Shown here: positions 11,861 through 24,868 of the stretch, in pieces
Position numbering within the stretch: the stretch's first letter is position 1
Layout of the letters: every line of letters begins with the position of its first letter
From: Octopus sinensis
Taxonomy: Eukaryota
DNA length: 64,000 nt
Assembly: GCF_006345805.1 (NCBI RefSeq)
Contig: NC_043005.1
Coordinates: 44,888,001 to 44,952,000, forward strand
Direction of reading: 5' to 3'
Translations under genes and position numbers: made by a program
The notes under the pieces: model-generated
The model's input: only the letters and a program-made list of their open reading frames with translations
What the model was told of the DNA's origin: nothing
Database searches by the model: none

Positions 11861-12187
11861 TTTTTTTTTTTTTTTTTGTGCTACCGGCACAGAAGCCAGT
11901 CAAGGCGGTGCTGGCATCGGTCATATATATATATATATTTGCATGATATTAGCTGTGAAATGCCTGTCACCCAATGGATATCAACTGGTGAAATAAACAT
12001 ATTTTGACTGCTATTTCCAGCGTGGTGATATCTCTTAGATACCCTGAATTATAATTTTAATAATAATTATTACCTTTGAAGGTTATTATCCCCATGCTGG
12101 CCACCTGATAAGATCGGTATTTAAATAACAATCGTATCCTTATTTATATGAATTTATATATATATATATATATATGTATAATCACAC

Positions 12188-12246
<59 letters not shown>

Positions 12247-12469
12247 GTAATAATAAAAAGTAACAACAAAAGAATGAGACCTCAATATTAGATAAATAGA
12301 AGATTATTTATATATAACTTAGAACTAACAGTAAAAGGTTGTCATTATAGTACTCAGAGTTTCAAATGTTGCCTTTAATAGCTGACAAGAATGTATCATA
12401 GTTCTCCGCTCCGACATTTGAAACTCCGAGGACTATAATGACCACCTTTTACAGTTTGCTCTAAATTGT

Positions 12470-12515
<46 letters not shown>

Positions 12516-12516
12516 T

Positions 12517-12547
<31 letters not shown>

Positions 12548-12601
12548 AAGAGACTGATAGAAAGGTTGTAACATATACAGATGTATATATATATATGTAT
12601 A

Positions 12602-12655
<54 letters not shown>

Positions 12656-12657
<2 letters not shown>

Positions 12658-14278
12658 GTTGCAGCCAAAATGTTCAGAACGGCATTGTTTTCGTCAGAAA
12701 AGTAGATATAATTTTTTATCAAAGTTGTTTTATAATTTTCACAGACAATAAATACGATATTATTTGTTATTGCCTGAGATTTTGGTGCAATTTGAGAGGA
12801 TAATACAAAAGTTATGGATGATTTAGTGATTTACTGCAAAACCCATGGCGGCCAAAATGATCAGAATGGTTGCTTTTACTCCGTGTTTTAGTATATTTAA
12901 ATGGCGAACTCTAATGTTTTGAATTTGTTTACGTGACGGTTCGTTTACTAAACATTAGTAAGAATATTTGCAGTGTACTTTGTTAATATAATGCCACTTA
13001 CTCCGTTACCAATTCGTCAGCAGATTATTAAGCTTCGAAGGAAGGATAATTTAAGTATTGGATCTATTGCAAAGATTGTTAACAAGTCAAAAAGTGTTGT
13101 ACACGGTATTTTTAAGGTGTACGATGATTGTGGTTCGTGTGAAGCAAGAAAGTTTACAGGTAGGCCAAGAAAAACGACCAAGAGAGAAGATCGTGCTATG
13201 GTAAAGTTGGTTAAAAAGGACAGATTTAAAACTGCTGCTACTGTTTCTCAGAAAATGAGCATTGTATTGAAGAAAACTTTATCTCGAAAAACTGTGTCTC
13301 GTCGTTTAGTTGAACATGACCTACAAGCAAGAGCACCAGCAGTGAAGCCACTGATCAGCTCCAATAATAAAAAGTGCCATCTTACCTTTGCAACCAAACA
13401 TGTGTTGTGGTCTCAAGAAAAATGGCAAACGGTGCATTTCAGTGATGAATCTAAGTTTATGCTATTTGGCTCAGATGGGAAAAGGTACGTTCGTAGAAAA
13501 GTAGGTGAAAAATTGTTGCCTAAATGCCTTAAGACTAGTGTTAAATTTGGTGGAGGAAGTGTCATGGTTTGGGGAATGATATCTGGAGATGGTGTGGACC
13601 CTTTGGTGCGATTACATGGAAAGTTAAATGCAGGAGTTTATAAACAACTTGTAAAAGATCATGTCTTGCCTGTGCTGAGAAATTCAACTAAGCGACCACT
13701 CATATTCATGCAGGACAATGCCCCATGTCACAAGGCTAAGGTGGTCATGAACTTCCTCAAGACTGAAAAGGTTATTGTTATGGATTGGCCAGCTCAAAGC
13801 CCAGATCTCAATCCTATTGAAAATGTGTGGAATATTCTAGGAGAACATTTGAAAGCCAGCAATCCTGAAAACAACTGAGCAATTATGGAATGCCCTTCAG
13901 GAAGAATGGAATAAGATCACCCAGCAAGAAATTGAAAATTTAATTTCCTCATGCAGTCGAAGATGTCAGAGTGTGATTGAAGCTAAAGGGCTTCACACTA
14001 AATATTAAATAATTCCAGTATTTTCTGTCATTTTTGATTATTTTGTTATTTTTTCAACCGTTCTGATCATTTTGGCCACCATGGATTTTGCAGTAAATCA
14101 CTAAATCATCCATAACTTTTGTATTATCCTCTCAAAGTACACCAAAATCTCAGACAATAACAAATAATATCGTATTTATTGTCTGTGAAAATTATAGAAT
14201 ATAAAACAACTTTAATAAAAACTTATACCTACTTTTCTGACGAAAACAATGCCGTTCTGAACATTTTGGCCGCAACTG
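12656..14278 (+). mobile_element. Tc1-family DNA transposon, IR/DR architecture, 1623 bp
   Basis: TA on both sides (12654-55, 14279-80). Long TIRs 12656-12872 and 14055-14278 start with CAGTTG. Each TIR has an outer and an inner copy of GCGGCCAAAATG(T/A)TCAGAACGG. Confidence 0.95.
12991..14008 (+). pseudogene. DD34E Tc1 transposase with a single +1 frameshift near 13866-13872 (338 aa if corrected)
   Basis: N-terminal HTH, GRPR linker, FSDESKF, QDNAPCH and DLNPIE with 34 residues between D and E. Frame 0 stops at 13876-78. The +1 frame continues TTEQLWNALQEEWNKI…IEAKGLHTKY to TAA at 14006-08. Confidence 0.92.
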
Positions 14279-14302
14279 TATGTATGTATGTATATATGTA
14301 TG

Positions 14303-14338
<36 letters not shown>

Positions 14339-14417
14339 TATATGCATATTATATTATATATCACTAATTTTTCTATTTGGTTTGCAAGATTCTTTATGTG
14401 AATTCGTGTGTTGAAAT

Positions 14418-14612
14418 AAATTTTGTTTTGTCTAAGGAGTGGCATTACGGCAATATTAATAACACAGTCACTGCTTCAGTTCCATTCTCATATTAGTAAT
14501 GAATTTTGTTAAATAGTTGGATAGATATTTAACCAATTGGATTAATAACAAAGAAGTGGAGTTGAATCAGTACATATATTATTGATATTAGCTTAATGAC
14601 TCTCCATAGACA
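14418..14612. mobile_element. Palindromic MITE-like repeat (AATTTTGTTGTGTCTA…TAATGACTCTCC…TAGACACAACAAAATT family)
   Basis: Imperfect inverted arms. Related pieces at about 4275-4440 and 15420-15625. Confidence 0.55.
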
Positions 14613-14655
14613 TAAGATATTTTATATATATGTAAATAAATGTGTGCATATATAT

Positions 14656-14746
<91 letters not shown>

Positions 14747-14751
14747 TATAA

Positions 14752-14850
<99 letters not shown>

Positions 14851-15058
14851 ATATATATATATATATATATACGCGTATATATGTATATATTCTTATATTC
14901 ACATGTGTGTGTGTGTACATTGATGATATATATATATATATATAAAGTTTGCTTCCCAACCACATGGTTCCAGGCGGCACCTTGGGCAAGTGTCTTCTAC
15001 AATAACCTCGGGCCTTGTTAGTGGATTTGGTAGACGGAAACTGAAAGATGCCTGTCAG

Positions 15059-15089
<31 letters not shown>

Positions 15090-15809
15090 TGTATGTGTGT
15101 GTGTGTCTTTGTGTCTATGTTTGACAACCAGTGTTGGTGTGTTTACATCACCGTAACTTAGCAGATCAGCTAAAGGAACTGATAGAATAGGTATTATGCT
15201 TAAGAAGTAAGTCCCAAGACAGTGCTCCAGCATGGTCGCAGTCAAATGACTGAAAGAAGTAAAAGAGTACATGAATAAAAGAATATGTATATATATATAT
15301 GTATGTATATCTTTATATCTATATCTATATATATGTGTGTATATATATATATGTGTGTGTGTGAGTGCGTATATGTGTGTATATATATGTTTGTATGTAT
15401 ATATACACACATATTTCGTTTTTGTATTAGGCTTGCAAGATTCTTTATGTGAATTCATATGTTGAAGCATATGAAGCATATGAATGGGGAGAGTCATTCA
15501 GAGGTTGCAAGAAGTAATGAAAATTTCAGGAAAAAGAAATAAGTAAATGTGTAGAAAATGAACTGGTGAGTGTGTTAATTAATAAGGCATTTAAACAGAA
15601 CGACTCTCCCCAGACACAATAATATATATATATATAGACACTTGCATCGAATACCAAGCAGTGGGGCTGAACTTTGAACCAAGTCTTATTATACAACCAC
15701 ACCCATGTCTGCCATATATAATGGCTGCATCTTTTCTGATTTATGAACTCTTAGACAATTTAGACACACACACTCCCACACCACACACAAATATATATAT
15801 ATATATTAT

Positions 15810-15841
<32 letters not shown>

Positions 15842-16007
15842 ATATATATATATATCATGCTAGCATGGAAAGTGGATGTTAAACGATGAAGATGATGATA
15901 TAAGTAGTTGAATGAATTATCCTAGTATGGATAGTTCGGTTAACTGATACCGGATAGCAAATTCACGTCAGAAAAACACGGTTGAAGCTACATGTATATA
16001 TATATAT

Positions 16008-16072
<65 letters not shown>

Positions 16073-17801
16073 TGTGTTTACATATATATATATATGGTGT
16101 GTTTACATATATATCCCTCTCTCTCTTTCGGAGAGGCACTGAGCAGCTATACGCATACATACACACACGGCAGTAACTTCCGCCTACCGAATTCAATCAC
16201 AAAGCTTTGGTCAACTCGGGGCTATAGTGGAAGACACCTACCCAAAGTGTCACGCAGTGGGACTGAACCCGAAACCATGCAGCTAAGAAGAAAGCTCCCT
16301 AACCACATAGCCATGCCTGCACCTAATATTTATATTTATATTCATATATATATAGGGCAGCCTATTAATAGAGTTATTACAGTGTATTTGTGTGTGTATG
16401 TGTGTGAGTAAGCAATATAAATGTCCATAAATCAGGAAAAATGCAGATGCTATATAGCAGACACTGGTCTGGTTGTATGATAAAAAGTTTACTTCCCCAC
16501 AACATGGTTCAAGGTTCAATCCCACTGCATGGTACCTGGAGCAAGCACCTTCTACTATAGCCCTGGAATTAACCAAAGTTTAGCCTGGGGCTATAGTAGT
16601 ATATATAAGATCCTTGAAGCTGGCCTAATGACTGCTTGATAACATGGCCTAATACCTGAAACCAGTAAAAGAAAGAACAGTGGAATAAAATTACTATAGA
16701 AACTAGTTTCATCTTTTATTCTTTCCAACTCTACTGTCTTGTTATTCCTCCTGCCTCAAGTGTACTTACTTCTCATTTAAGCCCCTTCCTATATGCAACA
16801 AAGGCCATCGATAACTTCTTTCTACTATTTTTGACTCTGGACTGTCTTTGAAGAAAAGGCCTTCCTCTCACAGGTCGTGTTGATTTTCAGTTGTCATCAA
16901 TATTTCTTTACTCTTTAAAACTTTTATTACACATACAAAAAAGACTAAAAAGAAGCAAGTATTAGAATTGTTCTAAACCAAATGTCCCAAATGGCGGTGC
17001 CCCAGCATGGCCACAGCTCATGGGCTGAAACTAGAATCAATCAATCAATGTTTCTACCCTACAGCAAAACACCTGTTCCTGTCCCACTGTCATACTTTAA
17101 CCTCTCATCACCTGTTATCTCTGAGAGTGTCATCATCATTATCATCATTGTCGTCGTCGTCATCATCATCATTTACTGTTCATTTTCCATGTTAGCATCG
17201 GTCAGACGGACGGTTTGACCGGAGCTGATAAGGGCCAGGGCTGTACCACACTCCATGGTCTGTTCTGGCATGGCTTCTATAGCTGGATGCCCTTCCTAAT
17301 GCCAACCACTCCACAGAGTTGTATTGGGTGCTTTTTATGTGGCACCAGTACCACTGCTTTTAACGTAAGAATCCTCAGGCACCTCCTCCATAGGGGTCCT
17401 ATCAGAAACAACCCTCATTAGATTTTCCAGCTGGATTCTCAAGTATGACCAACTGAAACTATGTCTATGAGCCAATCATCTCATTCTTGGTCTACACCTC
17501 AGCTTGAAGAATCCATCTTATGATTCTTTCCAGTCACATTCTAATCAGATGTCCATTGTACCAGAGCTGGGAACACTCACTGAAGAAAAGTAGCAGCTCA
17601 ACCACACACACATATCATCATCATTTTCATCATCATCATCATTTAGCGTCCGCTTTCCATGCTAGCATGGGTTATATATACATAAATTAGAGAAACCACT
17701 ATTATGCAATTCAATTTATATATATATTATATATTTATATTGTGAAATTTGATTTAATACTAAATTGAATTTTTCCCTGTAAAGTTTGGAGTTATACTCC
17801 C

Positions 17802-17833
<32 letters not shown>

Positions 17834-17837
17834 TCCC

Positions 17838-17927
<90 letters not shown>

Positions 17928-18348
17928 ATCAGTGGATCCCACTTGAAAAAGAAGCACACTCTAAAAGAGCAATTATGTTTTACATGAAGTTAAATATACG
18001 TCCAGTCATAGAGTGACCAATGGCTTCACATCCATATAGCACTTACCTTTATTAACGACTCATCAGACTCCAATGGTCAAAGGCATGTAACCTCTCTTCA
18101 ATATACAAGGCTCAGTCAAAAGCCACCTGACAGTAAATCAAAACTATTTAATTCCAAGATTTATTTATGTTTTATAACTGAATGAATTTAATAAAAGCAT
18201 CTAAATGTGAAACATCATAAAGATTGTTCAAACTGAAGTCCTTATTGAGTGACGCATTTTTCCATTCGAGTCAATACAAAATTACATGTAGTATTTATGG
18301 AATTTTGTTTTACTTGTCAGGTGACTTCTGGCCAACCCTGTATGTATG

Positions 18349-18379
<31 letters not shown>

Positions 18380-21089
18380 AGAAAAAAAATGGAGATTAGG
18401 AAGTTAATTGTTTATTATTAACAACAAATTGGTCATCTTTGCTTCTTATAGCTGCTTCAATTAATAGTCAATAATTTAATTACAAATTTGTAAATTAAAT
18501 TTACATTTATGTGGCATGAGTATAATTTCAATGGAGGAAAAAAAAATGTACCTTTGGATGATATATGTGGTCTTACCAATTCATTTCAGCAGTCTGCTGA
18601 AATTAATTATTAACTTGCTAATCTTCATTTTATTTTCTTCTTTAAAATGGATATAAATTATATGCACCGATTGTTTAAAGAGAATTTCATTCCCCAAGAA
18701 TACTAGGTATTAAACCAGTATTTCTTTGGATGCAACCAACCCTTCGTGAGGTTAACGTACACTCTAATAAAATTTATATGTATGTATATATGTATATATA
18801 TATATCAGTAAAAAATTTTGCTAGTTTATTTTGTCTCTCTGTCTTCTCTCCAAGTGCTGCTATATGAACATTTAATGTGGCTTTAGAGTCAGGTTTTGAC
18901 TGCTATTTCAGCGTGGTGGTATCTCTCAGATACCCTAAATTATAATTTAAATAATTATTACCTTTGTGAGTTTTTTTATTCCCATGCTGGCCACTTGATA
19001 AGATCAATATTTAAATATCGATCTTATCCTTATATACATTAATAATAATAATAATAATAATAATACTTTTAATGCAAGTACAGAGATAGATATTTGAAAT
19101 AAGGATTTAGTTCTACTGCTGCAAGGGATAAACGTAGAATTTACTGGCCCCCACTAGGGCCGTATTAGTAATAGGCCCCTGGGTAAATCAATGCACTGGG
19201 CCTTATAGTATTTATGAATTGGCAGCCAACTGCAATATACATATATCAGAATCAGATCCCTAGACCTATGAGGCCTCAGGATAACTACCTACTGCACCCA
19301 TAACTAAGGACACTACTGCTCCCACCCTACCTTAAAACCAAAACATAACATAATACGTAGCAAAAGTGCCAACCGCAACCCTAAGATAAAATAATAAAAT
19401 GATGTCTCTTAGGGAGGACCATCTTTTCACCCCTTTGGGAGGAATATGAGAGAGATCAAAGACAAAAGTTTCTCTGGCAAAATTAGGGCCCAGAAACGAG
19501 GAAAAACGTAACTAAATCGCCTTGCCACCCATGAAACACACTGTGCTACAATCGATTAGGGAACTCTTTGTGCCATTTTTAACTAAGAGATTTTAACAAG
19601 AACGAAAGTTGGTTCTGGAATGTAATTAAATGAAACCGTTATTTATCTGGTGTTTTCTTCCCTAAAAGAACAAGGGATGTGATTAAATGCCGCAAGGCAT
19701 TTTGCCCGTATCGATTCTGTCCAATCTACCGCAACTTTTGACTTGAAAGAAAGCAAAACAAAACAAAGAATGTAAAAGTTTGTAAAAATCTGCTAAAGAG
19801 AAAAATTAATGTCAACAGGAGTTATCTCCCTTCACATGCTAAATTCTCTTCGCATTTTCTGTGCTATTTTTATTTACATTTCGGAGAAGGAAAACAATGA
19901 ACTTATCTTTCATCTAATTCTTTTCTACTCTAGATACAAGTCCCGAAATTTTGGGGGCGGGAGCCAGTCGAATAGATCAACCTTAGTATGTAACTGGTAT
20001 ATAATTTATCGACCCCGAAAGGAAATGTGTGTTTGGGTATGTGTGTGCGTCTAGATACCTGTTTATATGCACATTTTGTTGTTACTTACACATGTCTATA
20101 TTCCTATCTAAAGATTTGTGATTTCTAATCTGTGTATCATTGAATATTTCTTTATTTATATTTATCGAGAATCTGTTCACAGTTCCTTAAATAAATTCAC
20201 CAACACACACTCAGATTTACGTCTCTACCTTTCTGCATATATTTCTCATTCCCTCAGTGCATATGTTTGGAAAAGAAAAAAAGGATCACACACACACACA
20301 CATCAGGCGCAGGCGTAGCTGTGTGGTAAGAAGTTTGTTTCCCAACCACATGGTTCTGGGATCAGTCCCATTGTGTATCACCGAGGGCAAATGACTTCGA
20401 TTATAGTCTTGGGCCAATCGAAGACTTGTAAGTGGATTTGGCAGACAGAAACTGAAAGAAGCCCATTGTATTTATGTTTGCATGTGTGCGCATCCTACCA
20501 CTGCTTGATATCTAGTATTGTTGCATTTACACTCCCCGTAACTTAGTGATTCAGCAAAAGAGACTGACAGGATATAAAAAAAAGTCCTTAGGTTGATTCA
20601 TTCGACTAAAAATTCTTCAAAGCATGACCACTGTCTAATGACCACTGTCTAATGACCACAGTTTAATGACCAAAGTTTAATGACTGAAACAAGTGAAAGG
20701 TAAAAGATAAAAAATATATGTATATATATTTATTCTTTTATTCTTTACTTGTTTCAGTCAGTTGACAGCAGCCATGCTGAAGCTTGCCTTTAGTTGAACA
20801 AATCAACTCCAGGACTTATACTTTGTAAGCCTAGTGCTTATTCTATCAGTCTCCTTTGCCAAACCACTAAGTTACAGGGATGTAAACACACCAACATGGG
20901 TTGTCAAGTGGTGGTGGTGGTGGGCAAACACAGACACACAAACATATACATACATATATACATATATGTGTGCGCGTGTGTATGTTTATATATATATAAA
21001 ATTAAATAAAGGTAGAAATTCATATTAATCAATTAAAACCAGTGGCTTAGCATATTTAAAAAAATCCGAAGATTAAAAATTGTGTTACA

Positions 21090-21292
21090 TACAAAATTAA
21101 GAGGAATGACACTAAAGTGGACAGCCTATATGCTAAACATAGACGTCAAGTCGCCATTACCACGAAGAATGTGTTCTCAAGAATTTTTCTTGAAATTTTC
21201 TTGAGAACATATTCTTCATGGTAATGGCGATTTGACATCTGTTTAGCATATAGGCTGTCCACTTTAGTGGTTATTTCTCTAAATTTTGTGTA
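21090..21292. repeat. Fold-back palindrome, arms about 95 bp
   Basis: Core arms 21110-21185 and 21196-21269 (CACTAAAGTGGACAGCCTATATGCTAAACA…) differ by 4 transitions and a 2-nt indel. Looser pairing extends about 20 bp further out. Confidence 0.85.
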
Positions 21293-22953
21293 TATATACA
21301 TATATACGTATATATATATATATATATATGTGTGTATATATATATATATACGATGGGCTTTTTTCAATTTCCATCTACCAAATCCACCCACAAGGTTTTG
21401 GTCAGACCGAGGCTATAGTAGAAGACACTTGCCCAAGGTGCTAAACAGTGGGACTGAACCCAGAACCATGTGGTTAGGAAGCAAACTTCTTACCACACAG
21501 CCACTCCTATATTATATTATCCAAAATATATAGTATTATATATCCATCATGGTTGATCTTACCAGTCAGTTTCGCGCAAAGGAATACAATGGAGTGTTAG
21601 GTAACAATCCAATTATTTAACCCTATGCTCATCAGAATTAACTGATATGGAAGGTAATATGGCGACTGGAAGGGAATATGACGATACATATATATGTGAG
21701 CATGTGTATGTGCGTGTGTGTGTGGGGGTGGGTAGGTGTATACATACACATGCAAGGCACAAAATGCAAAACAAGATATACAAAAACAGTACTTCGATAC
21801 TAAAGGCAGAGTGAAATACTAGTTTATTAAATCCAGGAATATCCTTCACAAATTTACTTTACGCTTTGATAAAATAGTTTATTTGTGTGTGTGTGTATTT
21901 ACAGAATTACTGAACCATAGGATAAACTACCTGCATCAGTGGTTAGCAGTTCAGACACCACATTCTTCAAAACTTCCATGCTTCCTGAAATTCACCAACA
22001 GTACACCTGAAGACCCCACATCCCCACACAGCCTTGTTTCTTCTTTCTTTTTCTAAAAATCTTTTTCAATGTTCACTTCCTGTACATATTCTATGTATTG
22101 TTCATGCAGTTTTGGTTACTTTTTCTGATGAGTTGTAGTGCACCTGAGCAGACACTAAACTCTTCTTGCGAAGACCTGTTGTGGCAAGTGAAATCGAAAT
22201 TGAAATCAAATTCGATGACTGGCATCCGTGCTAGTGGAGCGCTAAGAGCACCATCTGAGCATGATCGTTGCCAGAGCAGCTAACTGGCTTCCGTGCCAGT
22301 GGCACGTAAAAGCGCACACTGCACTCTCGGAGTGGTTGATATGAGGAAGGGCATCCAGCTGTAGAAACTCTGCAAGATCAGATTGAAGCCTGGTGCAGCC
22401 ATCTGGTTCGCTAGTCTTTAGTTAAATTGTCTGACTCATGCTAGCATGGAAAGCGGACGTTAAACGATGATGATGATGATGATAATGATGATATATATGT
22501 ATGTATGTATGTATACTGGTGCAGGAGTGGCTGTGTGGCAAGTAGCTTGCTTACCAACCACATAGTACCAGGCTCAGTCCCACTCCGTGACACCTTGGGC
22601 AAGTATCTTCTAGTTTAGCATTGTGCCAACTAAAGCCTTGTGAGTGGATTTAGTAGATGGAAACTGAAAGAAGCCTGTCGTATATATATGTTTGTGTGTT
22701 TGTATGTCTGTGTTTTTTTCCTCCACCATTGCTTGACAACCAATGTTGGCATGTTTTCATCCCTGTAACTTAGTGGTTCTGCAAAAGAGACTGATAAAAT
22801 AAGTACTAGGCTTACAAAGAATAAGTCCTGCAGTTGATTTGTTCGACTAAAGGCATTGCTCCAGCATGGCTGCAGTCAAAAGATTGAAACAAATAAAAGA
22901 AAAGAATAACAGAATATATATCTTTTAGTCATGGTATAAAGAATGGCCATTAC

Positions 22954-23072
22954 ATATTTTTCCTTTATTAGAATAAATTTGGCTTACAGATGTTTCCAGT
23001 AGTCATTAATGTATTTATAATGGCTACTGGAAACAGCTGTAAGCCAAATTCACTCTAATAAAGGAAAAATAT
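22954..23072. repeat. Fold-back palindrome, 55-bp arms, 9-nt loop
   Basis: Arms 22954-23008 and 23018-23072, 4 mismatches. The right arm contains GAA-ACAGCTGT-A-AGCC. Confidence 0.85.
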
Positions 23073-23430
23073 TTAATATCAATTATTTATGCCTTGTCTT
23101 ATATATCATGCTGTGTAAAAACCAGTTTGACTGGTGTTCGACCATGGATTTACAATATAGAATTGTGATGGACCATAAACTCAAACCCTGTCATAATAAT
23201 ACTTGGAGTTCTTCACTAATCTAAACAATATTGTTAACCAGGTGTGCCAACAGAGAACTCATAAGTATTTTGCCTGGATTGGTGATCCCTCACTATTAGC
23301 TCTGTTACACACACACCCACACATATATATATATACATACATATATGATCCAATAGTGGTAGAATCAACAAAAAAAGTATTCCATCAAGTGAGATATAAA
23401 TATCAATTAAAATTCACAACCGAAGAATTT

Positions 23431-23578
23431 ACTAATAGTTTCATAGTATTATGATACTTGAACAGGCATGTTTATAAAATATGCTATGTATCTTAAAGCG
23501 ATCTTTCAGGCTTTAAGATACCTGGCATATTTTATAAATATACCTGTTCAAGTATCATAATAGCATGAAACTATTAGT
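23431..23578. repeat. Fold-back palindrome, 69-bp arms, 10-nt loop
   Basis: Arms 23431-23499 and 23510-23578, about 6 mismatches. Confidence 0.85.
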
Positions 23579-23611
23579 AGCTCTTTCAGGTGTATATTTA
23601 GATTTATATGT

Positions 23612-24667
23612 ATCCTAGCAGTATCACCCGGTGTTGCTTGGGTTTGTTTCGACCCTTTAGAATTGGAATTTTTGAAAAGTAAAAATTTTGCATTATGCAA
23701 CTTGTTATTCTCTTCAAGTGAACATTTTTCCAGTTGAAATACACCGAAAAATGGTGACACAGCAGTCAAAAATAGGGATTTTCATAGAAAAAAAAGCACC
23801 TTTTTGCTGTAAATAATTTTTGGTGTTAACATGGTCCAATTTGAATTTTATCTTCTACAGAATGAAGAGCAAACCTTCTATCATACTCTCAATTTTGGTC
23901 AACTTGCGCTGCAGGGTCTCAAAGGAGATAGTGTTAGTTGAAGGCTACCAAACCTGCCACACACAGACAACTTCAGCTTTATATATATAGATTTGCTACA
24001 CACTACTTTCCATCCTTAATAATGAAACTTGGTAGATCTAAAAGTTAAACACACAGACACACACACAGATACACACACAGACATACAAGTTGAGTTTTAT
24101 ATATATAGATTTCTCAACGGGGATTTCAGGGGAGAGTTACAGGGAGTCGCTGGCGATGTATCGATTTGATCAAAAATCCGGCCTGCTAATATTTGGTTAA
24201 AGTGATTCAAACTGCAGACTCAACGCAAAATTGTCACATTTAATTCAAAGCGTTAAAAATGTTAACGATTGATAACGAAAAAACCCTCCAGGCTATATCC
24301 CGAAAATTCATTTCTTTGCCGAATTTCTACAATGTTTATGGCGATTCGTTTTTATATCTTGATTTTTTATTTGTCATGCAATTTACGCATGCTTGCAAGT
24401 GTGGTAAATACAGTTCACGTCAAACAGCTGACTGAGTTAAGTTCACTATTCAATGCATGGGATAAGGCGCAAACAAACACATTATCAATTTTTGCACTTG
24501 CAAGATGAATTTCGGAACAGAAATAGTGCAGTTCAATTTTCATTCGCCTAAACTTTAAGTGACCCATTTTTGGTGGTTCTACGATTTGTTGGCTAGGAGG
24601 AGATGTGCCGGGAAGTTAAACACACTGACACACACAGACACACAAGTTGAGTTTTATATGTATAGAT
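23612..24667 (+). mobile_element. Cluster of non-autonomous Helitron-like (Lep1/HINE-type) units
   Basis: 5' end ATCCTAGCAGTATCACCCGGTGTTGC. Three ends of the form (ACAC/ACAG)n…TTTATATATATAGAT at 23992, 24110 and 24667. Family assignment is from recalled similarity only. Confidence 0.5.
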
Positions 24668-24688
24668 ATGCATATATATATATATATA

Positions 24689-24737
<49 letters not shown>

Positions 24738-24836
24738 GTTCTAGGTAAATGCTTCATCATATCTTTAATTTTCCTCTATATGGTATGATTTAAGTATATC
24801 ATTGTTGAATTGCTTCATGGTGGTTCTTCTCTAATT

Positions 24837-24868
<32 letters not shown>

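Noticed and set aside
13866-13878. Programmed frameshifting in the Tc1 ORF
   Set aside because: It would require a +1 shift with no recognisable slippery signal; a mutation or sequencing indel is simpler.
16770-16946. Minus-strand segment ending in a strong GTAAGT donor and reading …ENQHDL*EEGLFFKDSPESKIVERSYRWPLLHIGRGLNE
   Set aside because: In-frame TGA after the only good acceptor; the alternative acceptor has no pyrimidine tract. There is no evidence for readthrough, selenocysteine or editing.
18047-18127. Exon-like segment on the minus strand (CAG acceptor, AAG|GTAAGT donor)
   Set aside because: All three frames contain stops; at most a non-coding or cryptic exon.
21563-21664. Acceptor/donor pair on the minus strand
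   Set aside because: Stops in all frames.
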